From Lama glama (Eukaryota), in the NCBI GenBank assembly GCA_028534125.1, contig CM052818.1, positions 18,602,001-18,666,000 on the forward strand: a stretch of 64,000 bases of DNA, given 5' to 3'. The notes under the pieces are model-generated. The model worked only from the letters and a program-made list of their open reading frames with translations, did not search any database and was not told the DNA's origin. The translations under genes and the position numbers were made by a program. The stretch's first letter is position 1. Every line of letters begins with the position of its first letter. Positions 1 through 12,891 of this stretch are shown here, piece by piece.

Positions 1-500
1 CTCATATCCAGATCCATTAGCAAAGATTAGTTCTACCTACAAAGCATATTCATATTCCAACCACTTCTATCATCTCCACTATCAATACTCTTATCTAAGC
101 CACCATCTCATCTTGCCTGGATTAATATGCCCATGACTAGTTTCTCTATTTTTACCCTTTTCCCCCTGTAGTCTACTCGAAACATGTAGCCAGAGTGGCC
201 CTGTTAAAAACATAGACTAGATTATCATTTCTAAGCTCAAACTTCTCCAATGACTTTCAAAAATAAAGTCCTTAGAATGGACTATAAGATCCTGCTCCTC
301 CCCTCACTAAGTGCTCTGGTTTCTTCACTGTTCCCCAAACACACAAGTATTCTTCTACCTCAGGACGTATGTATTTACTGTCTAAAATGATTACATCCAA
401 GTATCCTCATGGTTCATTCTCTTACCTCCTTTCAATCTTTATCCTATCACAGTCTCAGTAAGGTCTCCCTTGGACATTGCATTAAAATTGCAGCCTACTC
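1..500 (-). mobile_element. Old LINE-2 fragment (approximate bounds)
   Basis: L2-like segments such as 'ctaagccaccatctcatcttgcctggattaa', 'agccagagtggccctgttaaaaac' and 'ctacctcaggac'; family assigned from recalled consensus. Confidence 0.55.
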
Positions 501-504
501 CTTA

Positions 505-1900
505 ACATCATTACCAAATTCTATTAATTTAATGTGACTTCAATGAAAATCCAAAAGGGTTGGTTTTGAACCAACAAGGCGATTCCAAAGTCAATACAGA
601 GCAATAAACAAGAATATCCAGGAAAACATTGGAAAAGAGTATGGTGGAAGCACTAACCCTACCAGATATTTAAAACCTCAGTAATTAAATCAATGTAGCA
701 CAGGCTAATGGAACAAAACAGAAAATCAAGAAGTACACTCAAATACATATAGAAATTTAGAGGATAATAAAGGAATCATTCTCTTATTAGTGGAGACAAA
801 ATAGACTTTTCAACAAGCAATGTTAAGAAAATTGGGTAGCCACTGTGGATAAAAAGGTGGAATCATGTGTCACATTATGTACCAAAATAAACACCCCAAT
901 CAATTAAGACTTACAATTGAAAAAAAAAAAAAACAAAGAAATACTAGAAGAAAACATGTGTGAATCCCTTTAAAATTCTGAGGTAAGAAAGAACTTTCTA
1001 TTCATGACTCAAAATTTAGAAGCCATAAAATAAAGGTTGGCAAATTCAACATCTGCATGAAAGAAAGAAAAAGCATTGAAAGCAAACAACTGTGGAAAAA
1101 GTATTTCTGCACGTACATACCAAGGGCTAATCTTCCCCTTAAATAATACAGAGCTCTTAGAAATAAATAAATTGACCAGTAATACAACTTTTTAAAACAC
1201 AGACAAAAGTTATCAACAAGCAGTTCACATAAAAGTAAATTGAAGTGGCTTTTAAACACACAAAAAGTTAAAAATTTCACCAAGATACCATTTTTAACTT
1301 TTCATAATAGAAAAGATTCAAACATTTTATTATACTCTATTGACAAGTGTGTAGGAAAGAAGCACTCTCAAACACTGTAATAGGCGTATATACTGGAATA
1401 TCCTCTAGGAGAGCATTCTGACAATATCTAATCAAATACATCTGCCCTTTGACCCAGTAATCCCATTTCTGGGGATTTATTTAGATAAAACTGCCCATAT
1501 ATGAAATGTTCTGTGTACATGGTCATTCAATAGCAAACAACTAAAAAATAATTCAAATATTCATCAGTAGAGAATCAGTTAAATAAATTTTAATAATTCT
1601 ACAATGGAATATTATAGTTATAAAAATACTAGCACCAAGATCTCCAAGATATATTGTTAATCTCTTAAAAAGACAAGGTGAAAAATACAGTGTTGTCTAT
1701 TCTACCCTTTAGGGCTTTGCTTGAGTGAGACTCTAAATATTAAGAAAGTAACATAACTGGTTACTTATTTACATTAAAGGCAATGACAGGGAGCCACTGG
1801 GAGGAAAAGCAAAATGGTGAAGGAGCGGGCAACAGACTTTTTTCATGGTATACCTTTTAGAGTTTTTAGATTTTTTAACAATGTGTATGCAGTACTTATT
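505..1900 (+). mobile_element. Ancient L1 (L1M-type) ORF2 3' part and 3' UTR, degenerate
   Basis: A-rich plus strand with L1 motifs 'ctttgacccagtaatcccatttctggggatttat' and 'acaatggaatattat'; no intact ORF. Confidence 0.6.
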
Positions 1901-2387
1901 CAAAAAACAAAACATACATATAGAGAGAGAAAGAGATACTGTACTACACACTTAGTAATTATTAGCATCTAACGGACAAAGCCAGCTAAATTATTAAAGA
2001 AAATGCAACATATTTAAATAGTTTTACATTCTACTATAAGTAGTGTCCTATTTATAGCACAGAACACTCCCATCTGTAGTAAAAAGTTTCATTTCACCAT
2101 TAACCTTCTGTATAATAGCTTTATTACTTTAAACTTTATATTAATCTTAGACATCCTGTACACCTCTGAAATAACATGTCCATACACTTTAACTAATTCT
2201 CACTCAGCATGTTGATCAGTGACCTTGGTTTAACCCTTTTCCATGCATATCTTAATCTTCTCACAACTTTTCCCCAACTGTCAACTTACAAATTTTAAAG
2301 GTAAATTCCGTACAGTAATCAAAGCCAGAAAAAAACATACTTAAAAGAACAACAAATAAACCAAAACAAAAACCAAACAGATAAAAT

Positions 2388-2545
2388 AGCTCTTCTTGAG
2401 GTTTAATGAGCAAGCAAATCACCTAGGGGTACTACTAAAATGCACATTCTGATCCAGTACAGGTAAGATTCAAAATCTTCATTTTTAAACACTCTCCCAG
2501 GGAAACTAATGCCACTGGTCTTCAAAACACACTAAGTAACAAAGC
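2388..2545. mobile_element. MER5-like hAT-Charlie MITE
   Basis: 'aatcacctagggg...aaaatgcacattctgatccagta...catttttaaacactctcccaggga...aatgccactggtc' resembles MER5. Confidence 0.5.
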
Positions 2546-3304
2546 ACTTAAAAGACTACACCACTGAAGTCTTTCAATTTACTTGAGTTTGGTTATATTC
2601 AATATTTTTTGAAACAAGCCAACTAGTAACCAGAACTGGGAAGTTACGCTTTTATAAAGATTTACTGTAACAGTGGTCCCTCCCACTCCACTTTGGTTAC
2701 AGACACTTTCTCTTTGCTAACTATCTTCTGACTTCATTACTTTCTTTCAATAACTTTTTGTGGTTCCCCAATGCCTTAGTTTCCATTCAAATTTTTAGCA
2801 TTGTTCTTAAAATATTCACTAATTAGAGTGCCCCCAGACAACTAGATTTGTTAACACTACACATCTATTATCACTCCTTCTATCTACCCTACAGGTTGTT
2901 TTAACAAGCAAAAGACAATGTATTAGAAAATACTTTGAAAAATTTAAAGCACTATGTAATTAATTACAAGCTATTTCCCACAATGCAGTACAACAAAGGA
3001 TACTATATTCATAATAGTCAACAAAATTCTATGTGACTCTATGAAATGCATATATTATTTAGTGCCTTATAGTGCAAATACACTGCTAATAGAAAGCAAT
3101 GTACTGTTTATAATAAACTAAATTGTTTTAAACTAAGACTAGTCCTTTTCCTATTACCTATTCCTTCTTATGCTTATGTTTACCAGCATCTAAATTGCCA
3201 TTTTTCTATAGGAGAGAAAATGATCTTATTTTTAGAAAGAAGGATTTATTTTTATAGCAATTCAAAATACCATCCTCTGTCAACCTCAACGATAATGAAA
3301 TTGT

Positions 3305-4100
3305 TACTGAAAAAATGTGGAAAAATGTTAATATGCATTAGTCATCAGGGAAATGCAAATCAAAACCATGATACCACCTCACACCCACTAGGATGGCTAG
3401 AATCAAAAACTCAGGTAACAAGAGTTAGTGAGAATGTGGAGCAATCTACGCCCTCATACACTCTGACGCGAATTAAAAATGGTACAGCCACTTTGGAAAA
3501 CAGTCTGGTAGTGCCTCAAATTATTACCATAAGACCCAGGAATTCCACTCCTAGATATACACTAAGAAAAATGAAAACACACGCTCATAAAAGAAACTTA
3601 TACTTAAATATTTATAGCAACATTCTTTATAATAGCCAAAAGGTCGAAACAACTCAAATATCCCTCAACAGATGACTGGATAAACAAAATGTGGGAGATC
3701 CATTCAATGGGCTGGTATTCATCAATAAAACGAATGAATAACTGTCACAAGCTATGATATGGATGAATCTTGAAATACTGTGTGAAGTAAAAGAAATCAG
3801 TCATAAAAGACCACATATTATATGATTCCTTTCATATGAAACTTCAGAATAGGAAAATCTAAAATGACAGGAAATGCATTAGTAGTTCTTTACTATTGGG
3901 AATGGGCATGGGAGGAAATGGGGCAATATGGGAGTGAAAACTAAAGGGTATAGGCTTTCTTTTAGAGGTGATGAAAACCTTTTAAAATTGGATGTGTTAA
4001 TGGTTGCACATATCCATAGGTATACTAACAACCATTGAACTGTACACTTTAAATAGGTGAACTGCATAGTATGTGAATTATATCTCAAAGCTGCTAAAAA
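3305..4100 (+). mobile_element. L1M 3' end (ORF2 C-terminus remnant plus 3' UTR)
   Basis: 'agtcatcagggaaatgcaaatcaaaacc', 'gccactttggaaaacagtctgg' and 'gtgaattatatctcaaagctgctaaaaa'; explains ORF 3220-3675. Confidence 0.8.
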
Positions 4101-5212
4101 TGTAAATATGAAGGAGTTATTGACAAAAAACTGACCATTCTACTATAAATCACAATAATAGTGTTTAAAATATTTTTAAAGCAAAGCCATACAGTAATTA
4201 CTAAAAGTTTAGTTGCTAAAGTTTAGTTGGTACTAACTTAATTTCTAGGCTTGAAACCTCAGAGACACCTTCAACTCCCCCTGTCAATTATTCCCTAATG
4301 TCCAACTAGAACCAAGTCCCAGTGATTCTTCCATCATCATCTGCAACTCTTCCATGTTCTACATTGCCATCCTCAGTTTGGGCTCTGGTTACTTCCTGTA
4401 CTATCCCTGTTCTTCTATTTGCCAAATTAGCAAATAAAGCCAGTTTTTAAACCCAATTACAACTTTCTCAATATCATCCTCAGAAGGTCCATCAAATCAC
4501 ATTTGAATTTCTCCTACAAGGATTCTGGATTTTCCAATCTGCTCCCACTTCTGTCCCCAACCCAGCCTCACTCACTAATATATTCAAAAGGAAAACATAA
4601 GGCAGGGCTGTCTCTTTACTGTCCCTTATACATTCTACATGCATTCATTCCCCTGCCTTTTATCAGGCTATTCTACTCTGAATGTCTACTCTTTACACTT
4701 CTCTTTATCCTACAAATCATTCAAGATGTATTTCAAAGTCCCACCTCAACCATGAAGGATTTGTGGAGAACTCCAACTACAAATGATTTCTTGCATTTCC
4801 TAGCCAATTTTAGGACTTACTGTCTGTGCCACATATCTCAGCATTTGATCTACATGCCACTCATCTTAGCATTTGATTTATATGCCATGTATTTTAGAAT
4901 TTGATTTACCTGTCACATATTTTAGCTTTTGATTTACCTACCATCTTATTGTATGCCATTCTATTATTCCATACAGAAAAACATTTTGCTTCAATAAAAG
5001 ATTGTCACTACTTAAGACAAGAACTATCACTTTCTGCTATCACTGAGAACCCACATAGCACAGTGTTAGACCCAAAATACATACCCAAAATTTACATAAT
5101 TAATTAGCTATTTTGAGATTAATTCAACTAAACAGTAACTCACCATCATTTTGCTCATCTTTCTACTATAAATGCAATTAATAAACCCAAAGTCAAAAGG
5201 TGAATACAGTAC

Positions 5213-5302
5213 CTTGTCATACTGACAGACAATTACATTATCCGTGTCAAACAGGTCTGGCACATCCTGCTCACTAACATCATCTCCAGAATTTAAAGGG
5301 TC
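5213..5302 (-). CDS. GTF2A1L: GTF2A1L exon equivalent to human exon 8 (90 nt): DPLNSGDDVSEQDVPDLFDTDNVIVCQYDK
   Basis: tttag|GAC CCT...GAC AAG|gtactg, phase 0/0; matches the conserved C-terminal domain of TFIIA alpha/beta. Confidence 0.97.
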
Positions 5303-5399
5303 CTAAAGATGAAAAATAGTCATATTAAGGAATGCCATGATGCTTTGAATTTTTTAAAGATAGAGGGACATATAGAAATAAAGGAATTTGGAGAGACAG

Positions 5400-5630
5400 A
5401 TCAGTATTGCATTTAAAAGTCAAACAGGTGGAGTTTAGCTTAGTCACTTAATATCCACAAGACTGACTTTTGGCAAGTTACTAAAATTCCTCACATCTCA
5501 GTTTTCTCATTTGCAAAATGAAGATAGTAATAAGACTCATAGGGCAGTGGTAATGTTAAATAACATAAGGCAGGTAAGATTTAGTATAGTACCTGACACA
5601 TATGTAAGGCCGCCATAAAGGGTAGTTAAT
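5400..5630 (+). mobile_element. MIR SINE
   Basis: 'tgacttttggcaagttactaaaattcctcacatctcagttttctcatttgcaaaatgaagatagtaata' is the MIR core. Confidence 0.75.
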
Positions 5631-5980
5631 ACTACTTACAGGCTCCTTAATTATCACATTCCACAAAGATTTCACTGCATTTATTAGGATTAGGGAAAAT
5701 ACAATATGCTTCTGCTCTGGCTGCCTTCTTTACCTCCACTCCTATTCCTTAAATCTCCCACTATCTTTAGTTAAGACCAACAAATATAGTAGCTGATTCC
5801 TAAATACTTAATGCTGATTTAAATTAGTTAAAGATTAAAAGTTTAAATACTAGTATACAAATAAGTCTCATTTTAAAGACAAAAGACAGGGTTAATCTTG
5901 TTATTCCTCTTGGTTCCAAAGTATAATAAAGTACAAATGTTATAAATTTTTTTAAGTTTCAGTTCAAAAGTGATCCTCAC

Positions 5981-6241
5981 CTCTTCCACAAGGTCTATTT
6001 GAGGGTCTTCATTATCACTACTGTCGGCAGCCGAATCTCCACTAGATATACTGTCAGCTTCTTCTTCAAGTACTTTCAGGTCTCCTGCATCGATAATCCC
6101 TAGAAATTCGTTCTCATCTACATCTCTTGTACTTCCTATTTCATCATTGGAAGATGTATCTCCAGTTCCATCTACTTGAATTATCTCATTAATACCATCA
6201 TCAGCTATTTGAATGCTCAAATCCATCTGAGAATTAGAAAC
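5981..6241 (-). CDS. GTF2A1L: GTF2A1L exon equivalent to human exon 7 (261 nt), acidic region with Taspase1 site QVDG
   Basis: ctcttag|GTT TCT AAT...GAA GAG|gtgagg; translates VSNSQMDLSIQIADDGINEIIQVDGTGD...PQIDLVEE. Confidence 0.97.
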
Positions 6242-6589
6242 CTAAGAGAAAAAAATGCAATACAGTTTTTCAAGCCAAACAAGGTGTATGAAACACTGAA
6301 TCACAGAAATACAAAATTACTTAAATACTTCACAAGTGGCCACTTAAAATATATTTCTTCCATGTCAGATGATGTTTCCTAATTTTGAAAGCAAATGAGT
6401 TGAGTGCTTTCACATAATATTTACCTGTTTTTATATACACTACCTTAAATTTGTATGATACCTGTGAGGTTTGAAATATTTCAAACAATAATTCTATGCA
6501 GTAGAAAGGAAAAGTGACATTATGCTTAACGGATAAATAAAAAATACAAAGGACTGTACTAACTAGAATAAGCCAAACACAAAAGGACA

Positions 6590-7402
6590 AATATAAATCA
6601 AAACTGATAGAACTGAAAAGAGAAACAGACATATCTACAGTTATAGTTGGAGAATGCAGCATTTCTCTCTCAATAAAGACTGAAATCCAGTAAGAAAAGA
6701 GAAAATGTGAACAACACAGTCAACCCACTTAACCTAATTGACATTTTAGAATATCCTCCCCCGAAAAAGCCAAATGCAGATTCTTCTCAAGAGCACAAAG
6801 AATGCTCACCAAGGTGTAGCATATTCCAGGCCATAAAACCAAACTTGGCAAATTTAACACACACAAAGTATGTTCTCTGAGCACAAAGGAATTACACCAG
6901 AAATCAGAAATTAAACCAGAAATATCTGGAAAAACCTCAAATATTTACAAATTAAACAACACATTTCTTTGACCCATGGGTCAAAGAATAAGTCACAAAG
7001 GAAATTAAAATATAATTTTAATTGAATGCAAGCAAAAAAATTACATTTCAAAACTTGAGATGAAGCTAAAGCAGTGCCTAGGGGGAATTTTTACTCTCTC
7101 ATAATACTAGAAAAGAAGTAAGTCTCAAATCAATGGCCTAAAATCCCAGCTTAACAAACTAGAAAGATAAAACCAAATTAAGCTCAGAGCAAACAAGGAA
7201 ATAAAAAAGATAAAAAGAAAAATACATAAAACTGAGAACAGGAAAAAAAAAAGTCAATTAGACCAAAAGTTCATCCCTTGAAAAGATCAATAAAAATGAA
7301 AACAACTGAGCCAGACTGCCAAAGAGAGAAGGGAAGCAAATAATAATAATTAAGGAAGAGGTGTCACCACAGATTCCAAAGACTTTAAAAGGATAAGGAA
7401 AC
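6590..7402 (+). mobile_element. Degenerate L1 ORF2 endonuclease-region fragment
   Basis: L1 ORF2 motifs 'ttcttctcaagagcacaaagaatgctcaccaagg', 'ccatgggtcaaagaa' and 'ttgaaaagatcaataaaa'. Confidence 0.75.
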
Positions 7403-7757
7403 TGTCTTAGATCATTTGGGCTGATAACAAAATACCATAGACTAGGTAGCTTATTAACAATAGAAATTTATTTTTCACAGTTCTGGAGGCTGGGAAGTCC
7501 AAAATCAAGACACCAGCAGATTTGATATCTGATGAGAGACCACTTTCTGGTTCATAAATGATGCCTTCTCACTGTGTCCTCATATAGCAGAGGGGCTAGA
7601 CAGCCCTTTGGGTTCCCTTTTAAGGCAAATAATCTCATTAATGAGGACTCTACCCTCATGACCTAATCACCTCCCAAACTTCCCACTTCCTAATTATCAC
7701 CTTTGGGGGTTAGGATTTAAACATAAATTTGAGGGGGTACATAAACATTCATACTAA
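7403..7757 (-). mobile_element. MaLR LTR (MLT1A-like solo LTR)
   Basis: 'tgtcttag...aaataccatagactaggtagctta...cacagttctggaggctgggaagtccaa...catgacctaatcacctccca' matches the recalled MLT1A consensus. Confidence 0.8.
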
Positions 7758-7849
7758 TAAAGTCAATTTACAAAAATTGTATAGCTGTATAGTAGCAATT
7801 AACAATTGGAAACTGAAATATAAGAACAGTACTATTTAAAGCAACAAGA

Positions 7850-10800
7850 GAAAAGGAACTCATCACATACAATGGATCCCCAATAAGATAACAAGCAGAT
7901 TTCTCACCAGAAACTTTGAAGGCCAAAAGGCAGTGGTATGAATATATTTAATACTGACAGAAAAGACAGAACTGAGAATTTGGTATCTGGGAAAACTGTC
8001 CTGCAAGTAAGGCATTTCCAAATAAAAGCTGAAGGAATTTATCACCACTAGATCTACCCTGTGATATATACTAAAGTGAGTCCTTTAAATTGACATGAAA
8101 AGAAGCTAGACAGTAACCTGAAGCCACATAAAAACAAAGTTCTCTAGTAAAAGTAAATACAATGGCAAATATTAAAACCAGTATTACCATAACTTGGTTT
8201 GTAACTTTAATTTTTATCCCTCTATGAGATTTAAGAGTCAAAAGCATAAAAAATTATAGTTATAAATCTATATTAAAGAGTACACAATATATAAAGATGT
8301 AATTTGGGACATCAATAATATAAAGTGGGGGAAGGCAGAGCTGAAAAGGAACAGTTTTTATATGAAGTTAAAGTTGAGTTGGTATCAGTTCAAAATAGAT
8401 TGTTAAAACTTTAAGATGCTATATGTAATCTCCATTGTAACCACAAAGAAAATATCTAGAGGGTACACACAAAAGGAAATGAAAAAAGGAATCAAAGTAT
8501 GTCATTACAAAAAAATTAAACACAAAAGAAAGTAGTAAGGGAGGAAATGAGGGACAAAAAAGCTGAAAGACACACAGAAAATAACAAAATGGCAAGAGTA
8601 ACTTCTCCCCATCAGTAATTACTTTAAATATAAATGGATTAAACTCCCCAATCAAAAGAGACAGATTGGCAGAATGAATAAAAACAGTATGCAACTATAT
8701 GTTGTCTATAATAGACTCACTTTAGATCTAAGGACACAAATAGATTGAAAGTAAAACGATGGAAAAAAGATATTCCATGCAAATAGTAACCAAAAGAGTT
8801 GGAATAGCTATACTGCTATTAGATAAAACAGACTTTAACTCAAACACTGTTACAGGATACAAAGAAAAACATTATATAATGATAAAAGAATCAATTCACC
8901 AAGAAGATATAATAATTACAAACGTATACGCAACAAACATCAACACTCCTAAATATATGTAACAAAAAGAGAGAAATAGACAGCTGTACAAGAATGGTAG
9001 AAACTTCAACACTCTACTTTCAATAGTGAATAGAAGCACCAGACAGAATACCAGTAAGAAAATAAATAACCTGAACACAATACACCAACTGTACCTAACA
9101 TATACAAAATATGCTACCCAACAATAGTACGATACACATTTTTCCCAAGAACACACAGAACATTCTTCAGGATAGTCCGTAAGTTAGGCCACAAAACAAA
9201 CAATAATAATCCTAATTTTAAATGAAATCATACAAAGCATGTTTTCTGATTACCATGGAATGAATCTACAAATTAACAGCAGAAGGAAAACTGGAAAATC
9301 CATAAGATGTGGAAGTTAAACAACAGTCTCATTAAAAAATTAATGGGTCAAAAAAGAAATCAAAAATACCAAAATCTTTTACAAAAGATAAAAAATATCT
9401 TGGAACAAATGAAAATGAAAACATAACATACCAAAACATAGGGGATGCAGCAAAAGAAGTGCTAAGAGGCAAATTTACAGCTGTAAATGCTCACACTAAA
9501 AAACAAAGATCTCAAATTAACAACCTAAATTTTACCTAAAGGAACTAGAAAAAGAACAAATAAAGCCCAAACCTAGTAGAAGGAAGGAAATAATAACAAT
9601 TAGGGCACAGATAAAGCAGAGAAAAGAAAAAGAGAAAAATCAACAAAAACTAAGCGTTGGTTCTTTTAAAAGATCAACAAAATGATAAACCTTTGGCCCA
9701 CTGCTGAAGGAAAAAAGAGAGAAGACTCAAATAACTAAAATCAGAAATAAAGACATTTTGCTTCTGATTTTACAGAAATAAAAAGAATCATAAGAGAATA
9801 GTGTGAATAACTGTATGCCAACAAATTGGATAACCTGGATGAAATGAACTGATTTTCCAAAATACATAACCTACCATGACTGAATGATGAAGAAAGAGAA
9901 AATATTAATACCCCTATAACCCGTAAGGAGATTGAATTCATCATCAAAAACGTCTCAACAAAAAAATAACCAGGACCAGATGGCTTCACTAGAGAATTCT
10001 GTGAAACATTAAAAGAGGAATTAACACCAACCCTCAAAAATCCTCAACAAAATACTAACAGAATTCAACAGTACCTTAAAAGGATCATACACCATGACTA
10101 AGCGAGATTTATTCCTGAAATGCAAGAGTGGTTCAACATATGAAAAATCAATGTAATACAACGCATTAACAGGATGAAGAGAGGAAATATACCACACACA
10201 ATCACTTTAGTTAATGTAGAAAAAGCATTTGACAAAATTCAATGCTGTTTCATGATTCGGGGAAAAAAAAAAACCCACTCAAAGTAAGAATAGAGGAAAA
10301 TTACCTCAACATTAATAAAGACCACATATGAAAAGTCCACAACTAATATCATATTCAATGGTGAAAACTGAAAGCTCTTCCTCTAAAATCAGGGACAAGG
10401 CAAGGATAACCACTCTTGCTACTTCCATTGAACATAGTACTACACATCCTATCTAAGGTAACCAGGCAGGATAAAGAAATAAAAGGCATCCAAACTGAAA
10501 AGGAAGAAATAAAATTAGTTCTGTTTGCAGATGACATAATCTTATACGCACAAAACCCCCCAAAATTCCACATACACAAAAATGTCAGAACTAATGACTT
10601 CAGCAAAAGGTACAGAATACAAAAATCAATGCTGAAAAATCAGTTGCATTTCTATACATTAACAATTAACAACCTGAAAAGGAAGTTCAAAAGGCAATTC
10701 CAGATAAACAAGTTCATGCTGCATAGCACAGGGAAATATATTTGGTATCTTGTAATCACTTACAGTGAAAAAGAATATGAAAACGAATCTATGTGTGTTC

Positions 10801-12300
10801 CTGTATGACTGAAGCACTGTGCTGTACACCAGAAATTGACACAACATTGCAAACTGACTATACTTCAATAAAAACATATATGTATACAAAATAAATAAAT
10901 AATTTTTTTGAAAAAGCAATTCCATTTACAATACCATCAAATAGAATAAAATACTTAGGAGTAAGCATAACCAATGAGGGAAAAGACTTGTTCACGAAAA
11001 ACTACAAAACATTGCTGAAAGAAATTAAAAATGACACAAATGTGAAGACATTCCATGTTGATGGATTAGAAGAGTTAACACTGTTAAGATGTTGATACTA
11101 CCCAAAGCCATCTAAGATTCAATACAATCCCTATCAAAACCCAAATGACATTTTTGGTGCAAAGAGAATGACCAATCTTGAAATTCATATGGAATCTCAA
11201 GGGACCCTGAAAAACCAAAACAATCTTGAAAAAGAAAATACAAGTTAGAGGTCTCACACATTCTGATTTCAAAGCTTACTACAAAACTACAGTAGTTAAA
11301 ACAGTGTATTTGCATGAAAACAGACAACAGACCATTGGAATTGAATAGAAAGCAGGGAAACAAATCCTCACATATATGGTCAAATGACTTTCAACAAGAA
11401 TGACAGGACCATTCAATGGGGAAAGGACAGTCTTTTCAACAAATGCTGCTGGGAAAACTAGGTATGGTGGACCCTTACCTTATACCATATATAAAAATTA
11501 ACTCAAAATGGATTCAAATTTAAACATAAGAGCTAAAACTATAAAAGTCAGAAAAAATCATAGGGGAGAATCTTAACAACACTGAATTTGGGAATTATTT
11601 CTTAGATACAATACCAAAAACATAGGCAAAAAAAAAAAACTGATAATATGGACTTCATTAAAATTAAAAACTTTGTGCATCAAAGTACACTATCAACAAA
11701 GTGAAAAGGCAATCCACAAAATGGGAGAAAACTTTCGCAAATCTTCTACCCAATAAGAAGATAATATCCAGAATATAAAAAGAACTCCTATAGTCAGTAA
11801 CAACAAAACTAAAAACTTAATTTAAAAATGCACAAAGGACTGAAACAGATATTTCTCCAAAGAAAATATACAAATGGCAAAAAGCATGTGAAAAGATGTT
11901 CAATATCTCTAATCATTAGGGAAATGCAAATCAAAGCCACAATAAGATACCAACTCGTGCCCATTAGAATGGCAATTAGAAAAAACAAACAACAACAGAA
12001 AATAAGTGCTGGCGAGAATCTAGAGAAACTGCACTCCTGGTGGGAATGCAAAATGGTGCAGCTGCTATGAAACAGTATGGCAGTTTTTTTAAAAATTAAA
12101 AATAGAGTCGCCATATGATCTAGCAATTCCACATCTGGCTATATACCCCAAATAATTGAAAGCAGGGACTCAAAGAGATATTTATACACCCAAGTTTATA
12201 GTAGCAGTAGTCACAATCGTCAAAAGGTATAAGTAACCCAACGATTCATGGGTAGACGAACAGACGAACAAAATATGGCATATATATACACTAGAATGTT
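7850..12300 (+). mobile_element. Long degenerate L1 (ORF1 3' end, spacer, ORF2, start of 3' UTR)
   Basis: Fragments translate to ORF2: 'HYIMIKESIHQEDI', 'EIKLVLFADDIILY' (RT FADD motif) and 'LIIREMQIKATIRY...WWECKMVQ'; many stops and frameshifts. Confidence 0.92.
10703..10910 (+). mobile_element. Younger 5'-truncated L1 3' end nested in the older L1
   Basis: 'gcatagcacagggaaatatatt...gctgtacaccagaaattgacacaacattg...tatacttcaataaaaa'; flanked by aaaaggcaattcca (10689-10702) and aaaaagcaattcca (10911-10924). Confidence 0.85.
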
Positions 12301-12398
12301 ACTCATACTCTCTGATGTTCAGACTTACTACAAAACTATACCAGTGTAGTGCTAGTGAAAGGACACATGAATTAATGAAACAGAGTGAAAGCTCAGGT

Positions 12399-12551
12399 GG
12401 GGAGGCATAGCTCAGTTGTAAAGTACGTGCTTAGCATGCGTGAGGTCCTGGGTTCAATCTCCAGCACCTCTATTAAAAATAAGTAAACAAATAAACCTAA
12501 TACCCACTTCCCCAAAATAAAACAAACAAAAAAAAGAATTTTTAAAAAAAA
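12399..12551 (+). mobile_element. tRNA-derived SINE, camelid vic-1-like (copy 1 of 3)
   Basis: ggggaggcatagctcagttg (A box)...gggttcaatctcc (B box), then AT-rich part and A-rich tail. Confidence 0.85.
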
Positions 12552-12576
12552 GTTCCTCAAGCAGCTTAAAATTTAA

Positions 12577-12726
12577 GGGGAAGGGTATATTTGAGTGGTA
12601 GATTTCATGCCTAGCATGTATGAGGTCCTGGGTTCAATCCTCAGTATCTCCACTAAAAAAAAATAAATAAACCTAATTACCCACCTCCAAAACAAACAAA
12701 CAAAAATAAGGTACATTGAAAAAAAA
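12577..12726 (+). mobile_element. tRNA-derived SINE, camelid vic-1-like (copy 2 of 3)
   Basis: ggggaagggtatatttgagtggtag...gaggtcctgggttcaatcc...aataaaacctaattaccc. Confidence 0.85.
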
Positions 12727-12728
12727 GT

Positions 12729-12891
12729 GGGGAAGGGTGTAGCTTAGTGGTAGAGTGCATGTTTAGCATGCAGGAGTTCCTAGGTTCAGTCCCCAGTACC
12801 TCTAGTTAAATAAAAATAATAATAATAAATAAATAAACCTAATTACCTCCCCCTCCAAATAAACAAACAAAAACAGGCCCCCCCAAAAAAA
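12729..12891 (+). mobile_element. tRNA-derived SINE, camelid vic-1-like (copy 3 of 3)
   Basis: ggggaagggtgtagcttagtggtagagtgcatg...ggttcagtccccagtacctc...aaacctaattacctcccc. Confidence 0.85.

Noticed and set aside
3178..3295. Possible GTF2A1L last exon (IHRSKNKW...DAEW*)
   Set aside because: Only a faint resemblance; no frame gives the conserved peptide. The exon probably lies before the window start.
8419..12132. Many 60-130 aa ORFs on both strands (also 18594-20746 and 56624-57277)
   Set aside because: Broken L1 ORF2 frames or their antisense shadows.
12399..12891. tRNA gene cluster
   Set aside because: Degenerate cloverleaves followed by AT-rich tails and a shared 3' motif; these are SINEs, not tRNA genes.
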